A stretch of DNA of 64,000 nt, from NCBI GenBank assembly GCA_963674745.2, contig CAXXDV010000003.1, positions 32,001 to 96,000 of the forward strand, written 5' to 3'. Positions 37,701 through 47,539 of the stretch are shown in pieces (within the stretch, counting starts at the first letter, position 1; each line of letters begins with the position of its first letter). The notes beneath the pieces are model-generated. The model saw only the letters and a list, made by a program, of their open reading frames with translations, was not told where the DNA came from and made no database searches. Position numbers and translations under genes: made by a program. The DNA comes from Desulfosudaceae bacterium (GTDB taxonomy: Bacteria; Desulfobacterota; Desulfobacteria; Desulfobacterales; Desulfosudaceae).

Positions 37701-38828
37701 AATACGGTGGTCACCCTGAATGGTTCGGATTCCTATGACCCGGACGGCAGCATCGTGACCTATGCCTGGACGCAGACCGGCGGACCCGGGGTGACCCTGT
37801 CCGATGCGGCCGCTGCCCAGCCGACATTTAGCGTGCCCGACAATTCGGCGGGACAGTCGCTGACGTTTAAACTGGACGTTACGGATGATTGCGGCGCGAG
37901 CGATATGGACAGGGTCCAGTTGATTGTCGATGAGGAAGCCTGCAACTCGCAGCCGGATCCGCCCGTTCTGGTCTCACCGGAAGACGGTGCTGTCGATGTC
38001 AGTCGCAAGCCGACATTGCAGACAGAACCCTACAGTGAACCCGAACAATGCAGCACCCACTTTAAAACCCGCTGGCAGATCAGCGATCAGGCGGATTTTT
38101 CAGGATTGACCTATAATGCCAACACCTTTTTCCCGAACCTGACTTCCCACCGGGTGACCAAAAAGGTGCTCAAGCCGGACACCACCTACTACTGGCGGGT
38201 CAAGTTCTGGGGTGATCACGGCATAAAATCCGAATGGTCGGAAGTGCACAGCTTTACCACCGCGCCGTGCAACTCGGGATGCAACCAGGGCCGGGTGCCG
38301 GACGGCCAGGACACGGATGTGAACGGCAACGGCATACCGGACTCCCAGGAGCCGAACCTGCGGGCGCTGGTGACCCCGGATGGAACGACCCTTATTGGTG
38401 TTGAATTCTCCGATAATGTTACGTCCATAGATATTGAAACACTGGATGCCGATGAGGTCGGCGATTCGGACAACATGCCCGCCAATCTCATTTACGGGCT
38501 GATCTCGTTCAGGGTAGAGGTGGAAAATCCCGGCGATACCGCCAGCTTTACGGTTTTTCTGGCGGAACCGGCGCCGGTCGACGGGGTCTGGTACAAATAC
38601 GACACGGTCAACGGCTGGTATGACTTTACCGGTCAGGTGACCTTCAGTGCGGACCGCAAATCCCTGACCTTTGAATTGACCGACGGCGGAACCGGAGACG
38701 CCGACGGCGTGGCCAACGCTGTCATCGTTGATCCGGCAGGCCTGGCGGCGGACGCGGAAGAAGCATCTGACTCGTCTGGACACAGCAGCGGCTCGACCTG
38801 CTTTATCGATACCGGTCAAAGAAATTGA
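34737..38828 (+). CDS. Large multidomain cell-surface protein (SBBP-like propeller, GEVED, Ca-binding/Cys repeats, PKD-like, FN3-like, choice-of-anchor-U-like)
   Basis: Signal peptide; repeated WNTF.G/D.SGN.Y units; DFGDAP...GEVEDY; DxDxDG; PVADAG; C-terminal CFI motif. Confidence 0.85.
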   Translation: MKPKKTTERVACIALALLFVCIPAFATVHEDSSGNVSPARGNDLLQFTAGGHVLGFEKTGVYTATGTHVLRIRFGGTKGVMPEAADINGEKGNAAPLREVRYPELWTGITLTYTPAEDSIFESIYYVAPHGDVSAIRLIYNVPVETGENGALTMKFQTGIMTESAPIAWQEIDGQKVPVKVAFRKTGKHEAGFKAGAYNPDYPLIIDPELAWNTFHGALFEDYARDIAVDNAGNVYVAGRSTYSWGTPVRAKSDQYDGFAAKFDSSGNLVWNTFLGTISNDAASHILLDDSGNIYVFGSSVWSWGTPLAEPGDGSGGAFLVKLDNDGNLIWNTFLVWGSFTSVVMDGAGNFYGTGYSTSTWGTPISPKVGDEHTFNAVVAKMNNTGSVIWNTFLGGSLVGAEGHSIELDASGNIYLAGRAGENWGTPIVSHTGHPGNVYYADIWVAKMDNNGQVLWNTFMGALGTNEWIDSLWSRALALDGSGNIYVTAYSEAAWGTPLNAFAGGITDAFVARLDNNGNRIWHTFMGCTDQDVTSGIAVDEWGDIYVCGESLATWGTPINAFVEGDAGLTYAFDAFVAKLNSSGILQWNTFMGSSNRDYSDHLALFGSGSVYVTGHSYATWGTPVNPIFDNPDYCDFFVARLSGIDFGDAPDTYPTTLADNGARHAIQDGYYLGNGVDEEADGQPNAIATGDDADGGADEDGVVFDSLLLAGQNTDLTVTASDAGFLDAWIDFNSDGDWDDAGEQVFTSQALAAGANSLSVAVPAGADTTAPTFARFRFGSAGGLSCDGVAGDGEVEDYEVLILADADGDGEPDITDGCPNNPAKTDPGVCGCGIADTDSDADGSPDCNDGCPNDPNKMSSGVCGCGIPDVDANANGIIDCLETPVEICDGIDNDNDGLIDEGCSIWYQDSDGDTYGDPAVSVVDTVQPAGYVVDNTDCDDTDAGINPGAAEICGNGIDEDCSGADLPCCGNDLPPVADAGEDRLVQENTVVTLNGSDSYDPDGSIVTYAWTQTGGPGVTLSDAAAAQPTFSVPDNSAGQSLTFKLDVTDDCGASDMDRVQLIVDEEACNSQPDPPVLVSPEDGAVDVSRKPTLQTEPYSEPEQCSTHFKTRWQISDQADFSGLTYNANTFFPNLTSHRVTKKVLKPDTTYYWRVKFWGDHGIKSEWSEVHSFTTAPCNSGCNQGRVPDGQDTDVNGNGIPDSQEPNLRALVTPDGTTLIGVEFSDNVTSIDIETLDADEVGDSDNMPANLIYGLISFRVEVENPGDTASFTVFLAEPAPVDGVWYKYDTVNGWYDFTGQVTFSADRKSLTFELTDGGTGDADGVANAVIVDPAGLAADAEEASDSSGHSSGSTCFIDTGQRN

Positions 38829-39004
38829 TTGGTGCCCTAACAGGGCATGCCCGGGAACCAAACCGATTAGTAATAGCGCCACCTGTAAGTTTTGGTGATT
38901 ATGTGGTTAAGTGCTTATGTGATTAGGTCTCAAGTCGTCCGTTTTTTGGGGATCAGCTCAAAAAGTTAAAATTGTTTTGTTGTTTAGAAGCGCAAACATT
39001 ACTG

Positions 39005-39047
39005 AAAAGGGGGCTGACATGCATCAAATGTCGGCCCCCTTTTTTTT
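39005..39047. terminator. Bidirectional intrinsic terminator
   Basis: AAAAGGGGGCTGACAT...ATGTCGGCCCCCTTTT. Confidence 0.85.
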
Positions 39048-39081
39048 CTGGCTTTTTTAGACAACCCTGCAATGGTACTTA

Positions 39082-40479
39082 TTATTCGTAGGAAAATATG
39101 ATGGCCGGTTTTATTTTACTGCCGGTGGCATTGGGATATTTTTCATATTTATGGGCCGGCTGCTTGCTTTCCAGCAGGTGTCCGGCTTCTTCCATAAATG
39201 AATTATAGCGTTTTTTACATTCATAGAAACCATGCCACCAGGCGTAATCCGGCGCCATCATGGCCGTACCCATGCGGGCCCGCCGGCCTTCGTGATGCCA
39301 TAGTTCGTAAAACTCGACTTCCAGGGCTTCATCAAAAAACCGGCTTTTATCCAGAAGGTCGTTTTCATAGAGCTTGTCCAGCATGGCCCTGGCCGGGGCA
39401 TAATATACTTCGTTATATTCGGCGATGACCTTGTCCATTTTTTCATAATGGTCGTCCACCCATACGTTCCCGTGGCATTGGATACATACCGCCTTCATTT
39501 TGTCCCTTTCCTGCTGCCAGTTGGTTTTGGCCGGAAAAGCCGCAAAATCCTCGGGGCGGATGGTTTTCGGCGCCTGCAGCTCCCAGGACAGGCGCTCGGT
39601 TACGTCATGACTGGTTTTGACCGTACCGGCGCCGGACATGTGGCAGGAGGCGCAGGTAGGACCCCGGAAGTCCACCCCGGCCGACCATGTGCCGGGGGCG
39701 GCGGTCCAGTTGTAATCGTCGCCGAAAGCGGTGTAAATATCACCGTGTTTGGATTCCATGTAAATTTCAATCTGGGGATGGTCCGGGCCCAGATGACACT
39801 GACCGCAGGCTTCGGGTTTGCGGGCTTCCATAACGGAAAAACGATGGCGGGTATGGCAGCTGGAGCAGCTGCCTTTACTGCCGTCGAGGTTGATGCGGCC
39901 CACACCGACATTGGGCCAGGTTTCGGCGGTCAGCCTGCCCTGGACATCTTTTTCCAGAATCGTGCCGTGACAGTAAAAACACCCCGAGGTGCGTTCGGCT
40001 TCGCTGTTCATGCCGTCATTCAGCCAGGGGTCGATCTTCCAGATGATTTCCAGGGTGTTGGCATGTTTGCTGCGGTGGTATTGTTCGGCTTCATTGGGGT
40101 GACAGCGGGAGCAGTCCTTGGGTGTCACCACTCCGGTGACCGGGACCCGGTAAGCGGCTTTGGCGAAGGGGTCGTCGGCATTTTCATACTGTTTATAGTG
40201 GGCCTGGCTCACGTCCGCGTCATGTTCTTCGGCCCGATGACAGTCGATACAGGTGATATTGGCATTGGCATGACGGCTGTTGGCCCAGTCGGCGAAAATA
40301 CCGGGATGTTCCCGTTTATGGCATTGGATGCAGGCTGCGCCGGCTTCGGAAATACTGCGCTCGATCCGGAACTCTTTTTCTTTGGAAAAATCGGCACCGG
40401 ATTCAGCCGCCGTTATTTCCGGCACAACCGCCAGGATCAGCATACCCGCCAGAAGACTTAATGCGACAAAAGATTTCAT
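39082..40479 (-). CDS. Octaheme cytochrome c, HAO family
   Basis: Signal peptide; 8 CxxCH; CHTRHRFS...CGQCHLGPDHPQ. Confidence 0.92.
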   Translation of the reverse strand: MKSFVALSLLAGMLILAVVPEITAAESGADFSKEKEFRIERSISEAGAACIQCHKREHPGIFADWANSRHANANITCIDCHRAEEHDADVSQAHYKQYENADDPFAKAAYRVPVTGVVTPKDCSRCHPNEAEQYHRSKHANTLEIIWKIDPWLNDGMNSEAERTSGCFYCHGTILEKDVQGRLTAETWPNVGVGRINLDGSKGSCSSCHTRHRFSVMEARKPEACGQCHLGPDHPQIEIYMESKHGDIYTAFGDDYNWTAAPGTWSAGVDFRGPTCASCHMSGAGTVKTSHDVTERLSWELQAPKTIRPEDFAAFPAKTNWQQERDKMKAVCIQCHGNVWVDDHYEKMDKVIAEYNEVYYAPARAMLDKLYENDLLDKSRFFDEALEVEFYELWHHEGRRARMGTAMMAPDYAWWHGFYECKKRYNSFMEEAGHLLESKQPAHKYEKYPNATGSKIKPAIIFSYE

Positions 40480-40505
40480 GGCCCCCTCTCCTTGATCTTG
40501 TCTAT

Positions 40506-41051
40506 TTATAAAGGCTCAAACTGTTTATACCGGTAAATGGGTGTTGGGTTATGGACCAGGTCCCGATGACAATCCACGCAGCGTTTTTCCCGGCCCGGCA
40601 GGGCGTAAACCACTTCCCGGTGGGCCAGCATGGCCCCGCGCTTGTCAGGGATATAGAGTATATTGCGATGGCATTTCTGACACTGCTCGTTATCAAACGA
40701 GGCATAGGCTTTTTCCCGGTTTTCCTGATGATCGTATTCGTCTTTCACAAAATGGGCAATCACGTCTTTGAGGCCGTGTATGGTCTTGGTATAAAAGAAA
40801 TTCACTGTATCGTGGGGCGCCGGCAGATGGCAGTCCATACAGTCGGCCACAAATCCCTGGGCATTGTTGACATGGGTGGAGGTGCGCCAGGTATCAACCG
40901 CATACTGGATTTCATGACAGGAGGCGCAGAACTGGGGCGTTGATGTCCGCACCATGGTGTAGTAGGTCATGCTGAACAGCGGAAAGCCGAGCATAATGCC
41001 CAGGCCGATCAGCAAGACAATTTTTAATGTTTTTTTGGAGATGATAATCAT
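40506..41051 (-). CDS. NapC/NirT family tetraheme cytochrome c
   Basis: N-terminal TM; 4 CxxCH. Confidence 0.92.
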   Translation of the reverse strand: MIIISKKTLKIVLLIGLGIMLGFPLFSMTYYTMVRTSTPQFCASCHEIQYAVDTWRTSTHVNNAQGFVADCMDCHLPAPHDTVNFFYTKTIHGLKDVIAHFVKDEYDHQENREKAYASFDNEQCQKCHRNILYIPDKRGAMLAHREVVYALPGREKRCVDCHRDLVHNPTPIYRYKQFEPL

Positions 41052-41250
41052 TCAGCCGAAAACAATTACAGTTTAATCAAGCCGATCACCAGAAAGGGAA
41101 AGAATAAATATATATTTAATTTTATGGCAAAATTGACATTTCATGTCAATGGGATTAAACTTTCTGCCATAATCCCTTATTAAATCCAGAGCCTCATAAT
41201 ATAACGCTTTCCACCGGTCAAATAAAAAAAATACGTTTTTTTTTACCGAC

Positions 41251-41264
41251 TTGACTTAAATCAA
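41251..41264. promoter_or_regulatory. Fnr/HcpR-type box upstream of hcp
   Basis: TTGACTTAAATCAA. Confidence 0.7.
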
Positions 41265-41343
41265 GGAAACAGCACGACCTTTGGCATAGAGTGCTTCTAA
41301 ACGACGGAAAAAAAATATCAATCTATAACAAGGAGGCGCTACC

Positions 41344-42987
41344 ATGTTTTGTTTTCAATGTCAGGAGACAGCCAAGAATAAGGGCTGTACGGTCAGAGGC
41401 GTGTGCGGCAAGCCCGAGGAAACAGCGGACCTGCAGGACCTGCTGATTTACGTCTGCAAAGGGATCGCAGTATATGGAGAACTGTTGCAAAAAGCCGGAA
41501 CCCTGGATAATGAGGCGGCCCGTTTTATCTGCCGCGCCTTGTTTACCACCATTACCAATGTGGCCTGGGACGATGACGTGATCATCGACCGGATCAGGGA
41601 AGGCCTGGCGGTTCGAGATGCCATCAAGGCAAAGGCCGGGGACGTGACCGGCGCGCTTCCGGATTGTGCCGTCTGGTCGGCTGCTGACAAACCGGCCATT
41701 ATGGCCAAGGCCCTGTCCGACGAGGTCCGTATCACAGCCGCAGAGAACGAGGACGTGCGCTCTTTGCGGGAGCTGCTGATTATCGGCTGCAAGGGCATTG
41801 CCGCCTATGCCGACCATGCCGCCATCCTCGGATTTGAAAAAGACGACATTTACGCTTCTCTTTTCGAAGCCCTGGCGTCTACAACCAAAGAACTGTCCGT
41901 GGACGACATGATCGGCCTGGTCCTGAAGGCCGGGGAAAACGCGGTCAATACCATGGCTCTGCTGGACGAAGCCAATACTACCACCTACGGTCATCCGGAA
42001 ATTACTGAAGTCAACATCGGCGTCGGTAAAAACCCCGGTATTCTCATTTCCGGTCATGATTTGAAAGACATGGACGAGCTGCTCAAGCAGACCGAAGGCA
42101 CGGGGGTGGATGTCTATACCCACGGTGAAATGCTGCCGGCCAACTATTATCCGAAGTTCAAGAAATACGGTCATTTTATCGGCAACTACGGCGGATCTTG
42201 GTGGCACCAGAACAAGGATTTTGAGACGTTTAACGGCGCCATTCTGCTGACCACCAACTGCCTGATTCCGATCCGAAAAGACAATACCTATAAAGACCGG
42301 CTGTTTACCACCGGTGTGGTTAATTATCCCGGGGCCGCCCATATCGCGGACCGGACGGAGGGTAGGAAAAAGGATTTTTCCCGGGTAATTGAAAAGGCCA
42401 AAACATGTGCGCCACCCCAGGAAATAGAAACCGGCAAAATCGTCGGCGGATTTGCCCATAACCAGGTACTGGCCCTGGCCGACAAGGTGGTCGAGGCCGT
42501 CAAGTCCGGGGCCATCAAGCGCTTTGTGGTCATGGCCGGGTGCGACGGTCGCCAGAAAGACCGGAATTACTTTACCGAAGTGGCCGAGAATCTGCCCCGG
42601 GATACGGTCATCCTGACCGCCGGTTGTGCCAAATACCGCTACAATAAACTCGCCCTGGGCGATATCGGCGGTATTCCCCGGGTGCTCGACGCGGGCCAGT
42701 GCAACGACTCTTACTCTCTGGCCGTGATTGCCCTGAAGCTCAAGGAAGTGTTCGGTCTGGAGGATATCAATGAACTGCCGGTATCCTACGACATCGCCTG
42801 GTACGAACAGAAAGCCGTGGCCGTGCTGCTGGCCCTCTTGCACCTGGGGGTCAAGGGCATCCGCCTGGGACCGACGCTGCCGGGTTTTTTGTCTCCGACC
42901 GTGGCCGGTGTGCTGGTAGAAAAATTTGATATCAAACCCATCGGCACCGTCGCCGACGATATCGCCGCCATGATGGACGGTAAATAA
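41344..42987 (+). CDS. hcp: Hybrid cluster protein (hydroxylamine/NO reductase)
   Basis: MFCFQCQET...GVCGK; SGHDL, THGEM, GCDG, GQCND. Confidence 0.97.
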   Translation: MFCFQCQETAKNKGCTVRGVCGKPEETADLQDLLIYVCKGIAVYGELLQKAGTLDNEAARFICRALFTTITNVAWDDDVIIDRIREGLAVRDAIKAKAGDVTGALPDCAVWSAADKPAIMAKALSDEVRITAAENEDVRSLRELLIIGCKGIAAYADHAAILGFEKDDIYASLFEALASTTKELSVDDMIGLVLKAGENAVNTMALLDEANTTTYGHPEITEVNIGVGKNPGILISGHDLKDMDELLKQTEGTGVDVYTHGEMLPANYYPKFKKYGHFIGNYGGSWWHQNKDFETFNGAILLTTNCLIPIRKDNTYKDRLFTTGVVNYPGAAHIADRTEGRKKDFSRVIEKAKTCAPPQEIETGKIVGGFAHNQVLALADKVVEAVKSGAIKRFVVMAGCDGRQKDRNYFTEVAENLPRDTVILTAGCAKYRYNKLALGDIGGIPRVLDAGQCNDSYSLAVIALKLKEVFGLEDINELPVSYDIAWYEQKAVAVLLALLHLGVKGIRLGPTLPGFLSPTVAGVLVEKFDIKPIGTVADDIAAMMDGK

Positions 42988-43049
42988 TGAGGCTTTTTTA
43001 ATCGGTCTTCGCGTACATCGGTTACAGGCTCATCGATAGGGCTTGATGT

Positions 43050-43730
43050 TTACAGCCGGCCTGTCTCTGCCAGCATTTCCAGCCCTTCAGTATCCAGAAG
43101 CGAAATGGAAGAACCGTTGACGCCGATCAGGCCGGCATCTTTCATTTTGCTCAGAATGCGGGAGAGGGTTTCCGGAATGGTTCCCAGCAGGCTGGCCAGC
43201 TGGCCTTTGGAAATGCTCAGTTCTACATGTTGGCGGTTATTCTGTTCCTGCGCCAAAAACAGCAGGTAGCCGGCCAGACGGCCGGGCACCTCTTTTAATG
43301 ACAGATTCTCTACTTGAACGGTAAACTGGCGGAGACGACGGGATAAAATGGCCAGCATGTTGAGCACCAGGGGGGTGTTTTCCTCCAGCAGCCGGACAAA
43401 GGCCTTCTTGGGGAAAAACAAAAGCCGGCTTTTTTCAAGGGGCACGGCGTTGGCCGGAAAAACACCGCCGGAAAACACCGGTACTTCACCCACGGGTTCG
43501 CCGGGGCCGAAAATATGAAGAATCTGCTCCTTGCCTTCGGAAGAGAGTTTAAAAACCTTGATCCGGCCCTGTGCGACCACGTAAAAGCCATCAGCATCCT
43601 GACCGTCGGAAAAAATCAGAGCGTCTTTTTTAAAGTCTTTCGGCAGCGCAATGCAGGCGACTTTTTCCAGCTGATCGGGCGGCAGACCGTCAAAAAGCGG
43701 GGCAGCGGAAAGAATGGAAACCGGATCCAT
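43050..43730 (-). CDS. hcpR: Crp/Fnr family regulator (HcpR-like)
   Basis: cNMP-binding domain plus LGTIPETLSR HTH; adjacent to hcp. Confidence 0.85.
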   Translation of the reverse strand: MDPVSILSAAPLFDGLPPDQLEKVACIALPKDFKKDALIFSDGQDADGFYVVAQGRIKVFKLSSEGKEQILHIFGPGEPVGEVPVFSGGVFPANAVPLEKSRLLFFPKKAFVRLLEENTPLVLNMLAILSRRLRQFTVQVENLSLKEVPGRLAGYLLFLAQEQNNRQHVELSISKGQLASLLGTIPETLSRILSKMKDAGLIGVNGSSISLLDTEGLEMLAETGRL

Positions 43731-43782
43731 GAGTATGTATCTCCTTAAATTTTGTGCCTTCAGGCAGAAAAAGTGCAGGATT

Positions 43783-43796
43783 TTGATTTAAGTCAA
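43783..43796. promoter_or_regulatory. Fnr/HcpR-type box in divergent promoter
   Basis: TTGATTTAAGTCAA, the exact reverse complement of the hcp box. Confidence 0.7.
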
Positions 43797-43903
43797 TGCG
43801 CATTTTTTGTGATCAGGTTATCCTGTAACCAAAAACATAACAAGCCCGCCGGCTGAATAAAAGGGAAAACCCACCGGCGGTTGTATTCCGAGGAGGGTAA
43901 AAT

Positions 43904-44638
43904 ATGAAATGTCCGGGACAGGATACCAGATACTGGAAAGGCCGGGATATCTACGAGGCCGAATGCCCCAAGTGCGGCGCAGGAGTGGAGTTCTTCAAGG
44001 ATGATACCACCCGTATCTGCTCTGCCTGCGGGCACCGTTTTTTAAACCCCGGTATGGATTTCGGGTGCGCGGCCTACTGCCCGCATGCGGCCCAGTGTAT
44101 CGGCAATCTGCCGCCGGAACTGGTCGCCCAGCGGGAAAATCTGCTCAAAGACCGGGTGGCCGTGGAAATGAAGCGCTTTTTTCAAAAAGATTTCAAGCGC
44201 ATCGGTCATGCCACGCGGGTGGCCCGTTATGCCGAGGAGATCGGCAAACAGGAGGCGCCCGCCGGTCTGGCCGTAATCCTCTGCGCGGCTTATCTGCATG
44301 ATATCGGCATTCACGAAGCCGAGCGCAAGCACAACAGCACCGCGGCAAAATACCAGGAAGAGGAGGGCCCGCCCATTGCCCGGGCCATCCTGGAGAAGGC
44401 CGGGGCGCAGACGGAATTGATCGATGAGGTCTGCGATATTATCGGCCATCACCATCATCCCAGAGACGATGAAACCACCAACTTCAAGGTGCTTTACGAT
44501 GCCGACCTGATTACCAATCTGGAAGAAAAGCAAAAAGATCAGGCGTCCGATCCCCGGCGCCTGGAGAATCTGATTGAGACCGGTTTGTTTACGGAAATCG
44601 GCAAGCAGGTAGCCCGTCGGGTGTTACTGAAGGAATAA
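43904..44638 (+). CDS. HD-domain phosphohydrolase with N-terminal Cys-rich region
   Basis: CPGQD, CPKC, CSAC; H...LHDIG...HH...DAD. Confidence 0.88.
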   Translation: MKCPGQDTRYWKGRDIYEAECPKCGAGVEFFKDDTTRICSACGHRFLNPGMDFGCAAYCPHAAQCIGNLPPELVAQRENLLKDRVAVEMKRFFQKDFKRIGHATRVARYAEEIGKQEAPAGLAVILCAAYLHDIGIHEAERKHNSTAAKYQEEEGPPIARAILEKAGAQTELIDEVCDIIGHHHHPRDDETTNFKVLYDADLITNLEEKQKDQASDPRRLENLIETGLFTEIGKQVARRVLLKE

Positions 44639-44654
44639 TGACAGGAGAAATTCC

Positions 44655-45398
44655 ATGAAAGTAAGAAGAAAGATTATTCAAATAGATGAAGAACGATGCA
44701 CCGGATGCGGTCAATGCGTTATTGCCTGTGCCGAGGGTGCCATTAAAATCATTGACGGCAAGGCAAAAGTCATTTCAGACAATCTGTGCGACGGGCTGGG
44801 GGCCTGCATCGGCGAATGCCCGGAAAACGCTTTGCATATTATCGAGCGGGAAGCCGAAGCGTTTGACGAGGAAGCCGTGGAAAAACATCTGGAAATGCTG
44901 CAGGATCAGCCTCAACCGGAAACGCTGGCCTGCGGCTGCCCGTCCACCCAGGTGCAGACGCTGGCCGTTGAAACACCATGCCAGGCCGCCAACAGGCCGG
45001 TTGCCACCACTTCTGCGTCATCGGCCCTGTCCAACTGGCCGGTCCAGATTCACCTGGTGCCGCCCACTGCCCCATTTTTAAAAGGCGCCCACCTGCTGGT
45101 CGCTGCCGACTGCGTGCCCGTGGCCTTTCCCCGGTTTCAGGGGGAACTGTTGCCGGGTAAAACCGTCATGATCGGTTGCCCCAAGTTTGATGACAGAAAG
45201 AGTTATGTGGAAAAGTTCAGCCAGATATTCAAAACCGCCGGCATTAAAAGCATCACCTGCGTGCGAATGGAGGTCCCCTGCTGTTCGGGCCTGCCCATGA
45301 TTTTAAAAGACGCCATGCAATCGGCCGGTGTGGATATTCCCATGGACGAAATGGTCATTTCCGCCCGGGGTGAGGTCCTGGAAAAAAGCGGGAAATGA
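44655..45398 (+). CDS. 2x[4Fe-4S] ferredoxin-domain protein
   Basis: CTGCGQC..C, CDGLGAC..CP, ADC, CPKFD, EVPCC. Confidence 0.9.
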   Translation: MKVRRKIIQIDEERCTGCGQCVIACAEGAIKIIDGKAKVISDNLCDGLGACIGECPENALHIIEREAEAFDEEAVEKHLEMLQDQPQPETLACGCPSTQVQTLAVETPCQAANRPVATTSASSALSNWPVQIHLVPPTAPFLKGAHLLVAADCVPVAFPRFQGELLPGKTVMIGCPKFDDRKSYVEKFSQIFKTAGIKSITCVRMEVPCCSGLPMILKDAMQSAGVDIPMDEMVISARGEVLEKSGK

Positions 45399-45403
45399 AA
45401 ATG

Positions 45404-46432
45404 TCACACCGGCAGGTTTAATCCGGTTTTATGATTTACGGCCGTGGCGACCCGGGACAGCATCAGTTTTGTATAGGGATACTTCCGAAAGGACTTGATT
45501 CTGCCGATGATCGGATTTTTAAACCGGATTCTTTCCGTATACGTATTGTGATTGATTAAAAAGCACTCCCGGCAAAAGGCGTAATCGCCGGCTTTTTGTG
45601 TTGCCCGAAAAAAAGTTTCGGAGTTGATTTTTTCGAGGATCTGCTTTTCGGCAAAGGCATTGTCTTTGACGACCGGTTTGTCATGATGGGGACTCATGCA
45701 GCACAACTGGATGTCGCCGTCATAGGACAGGATGCCGACCGGTGTGTGTTTGAAGTCACATTCAGCCGGCGTGTCCCGTTTGACGTTCCGGAATTTACCG
45801 TTGACGGGAAACCAGTCCGTGGTTTTGAATAGGTCGTCAATAATGGTCGAAAAGTGAACCCCATCCACGTCAAGGCCTTTGGCCATGTCGATCAGTCTGT
45901 CATAATCGTTTTCATTATGGCGGCTGATAAGGGTCTCCATATATATTTCGGGGAAAACGGAATTTTGTCTTTTCTTTTCCCGGACCAGGGTCTTGATGTT
46001 GTTTAAGACAGTTTCCAGGTCTGCTCCGACCCTGTATAACGCGTGCTGTGCCTGGGTGATGCCTTCGATATCAAAGGTGATACGGTATAAACCGGACTTT
46101 ACGATGCGTACGGGATCCAGGGGGTTGGTGCCGTTTGTAAAAAGCGCGACGATTTTTTTAAACCCCACGGCGTATTCCACAAAATCCATAAGCCTTGGAT
46201 GCAGCGTGGGCTCTCCACTGCCCAGAAAGCCGATGGAATCAAAAACAGGATGACAGGAGCCCATGAATATTTTGAAATGTTCAAAGTCCATCAACCCCTT
46301 TTTCTTTTTATTGGTTCCGGTTCCCGTGCTGCAGAGCGGACATTTCAGGTTGCAGGTGTTGGTCAACTCGACATTGATATCCCGCCTGGTGTATTTTTTT
46401 CTTATTTTTCTTATTAATTCGTCACGCTTCAT
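45404..46432 (-). CDS. Radical SAM protein with SPASM/twitch-like C-terminus
   Basis: CNLKCPLC; GEPTLH; C...CC...CREC. Confidence 0.9.
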   Translation of the reverse strand: MKRDELIRKIRKKYTRRDINVELTNTCNLKCPLCSTGTGTNKKKKGLMDFEHFKIFMGSCHPVFDSIGFLGSGEPTLHPRLMDFVEYAVGFKKIVALFTNGTNPLDPVRIVKSGLYRITFDIEGITQAQHALYRVGADLETVLNNIKTLVREKKRQNSVFPEIYMETLISRHNENDYDRLIDMAKGLDVDGVHFSTIIDDLFKTTDWFPVNGKFRNVKRDTPAECDFKHTPVGILSYDGDIQLCCMSPHHDKPVVKDNAFAEKQILEKINSETFFRATQKAGDYAFCRECFLINHNTYTERIRFKNPIIGRIKSFRKYPYTKLMLSRVATAVNHKTGLNLPV

Positions 46433-46582
46433 CCCGGTTTCCTTTCTGCCTTCCAGGCAGAGGCCTTTTCTGTGGCTGATCACTTGTGACTATGGCACAG
46501 ACAGCATTTAACCAGAAGGTTCCATCTGTTCTCTGTGAGCGCTTGTAAATAAGAAGGGCGCTTTATGGCCGCTTCTTAAAGG

Positions 46583-47158
46583 CTATAGCGGACGGACAAA
46601 GGTAAAGTAGAACAGGACAGCATAAACAGCCGTGACCGCTATCATATTGATCAGGGCGTTGTTTTTGGCAAAGCTTTCGCTGTTGAACGACCACAACAGT
46701 TCCGGGCGCCATTTGCCGAATGTGGGCAGGTAAGGACGGACTTCTTTCTGATAATCGAGATAATCTTCGCCGAACAGTTCCGTGAGCAGGGCTTCTTCCC
46801 GCCTGACCCGGTTGGTCATATAGAACCAGTATATGATCGTAAAAATACCCAACAGCCAGGGAATGGCCGCCATCATGAGGATGCCGAAAATCAGAAAAAA
46901 ACGTCCGATGTACATGGGGTTGCGTACAAACATATAGGGCCCGATAATGGTCAGCTTTTTATGGGTTTTTATGGTAGAGAAGCACCAGACCTGCAGCATC
47001 TCTCCCAGAATCGAAACGATCAGTCCCGGGAGAAACCAATCCTGGCGGGTATGCGGCAGAAAGACAATAAAGAGCACCAAAGCAATGGGCAGTCGCAGTT
47101 TCAGCAGAAATTTGCGGATTTTTCGGTTGTTGAACAGTTCGTTAATATATGAAATCAA
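46583..47158 (-). CDS. Isoprenylcysteine carboxyl/phospholipid methyltransferase family membrane protein
   Basis: GPY..VRNPMY; REE..L...FGEDY. Confidence 0.85.
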   Translation of the reverse strand: MISYINELFNNRKIRKFLLKLRLPIALVLFIVFLPHTRQDWFLPGLIVSILGEMLQVWCFSTIKTHKKLTIIGPYMFVRNPMYIGRFFLIFGILMMAAIPWLLGIFTIIYWFYMTNRVRREEALLTELFGEDYLDYQKEVRPYLPTFGKWRPELLWSFNSESFAKNNALINMIAVTAVYAVLFYFTFVRPL

Positions 47159-47539
47159 TTTTGTGTATCCTTTTTTTTCAGGTCAATCCAAATGTGCCGA
47201 ACGGTTGGCGGTAACCGGCCGATGTGTTGGTTATTTTATGGAATATTTTTTTGTTTGCAACCATTTGTTTTATTTTGGTCGGATTTTATGAAAAGGCTGT
47301 CCGGCCAGGCGTATTTGCAGCCCGCTTTCGATGGGCACTTGAACGGCCCTGTAGAAGGTGGAAACGTTTATCCAGGCACATTCCCAGGCCGAATTCAGCC
47401 ATGGCATCTGTCCGGATTGTTTACAAAAATATTATCCCGAATATTCCAAGAAGATATTATCGCAACTTGAGGATGGTAACGATTCTCCGGTTTCTCTTAA
47501 AAAGTGCGTCAAAAAAAAATAGTCGTTCCAAAATTTGTT

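Noticed and set aside
39448..42843. Long antisense ORFs (39448-40461 +, 41323-42843 -) and similar shadows elsewhere
   Set aside because: They mirror well-supported GC-rich genes and carry no recognisable motifs.
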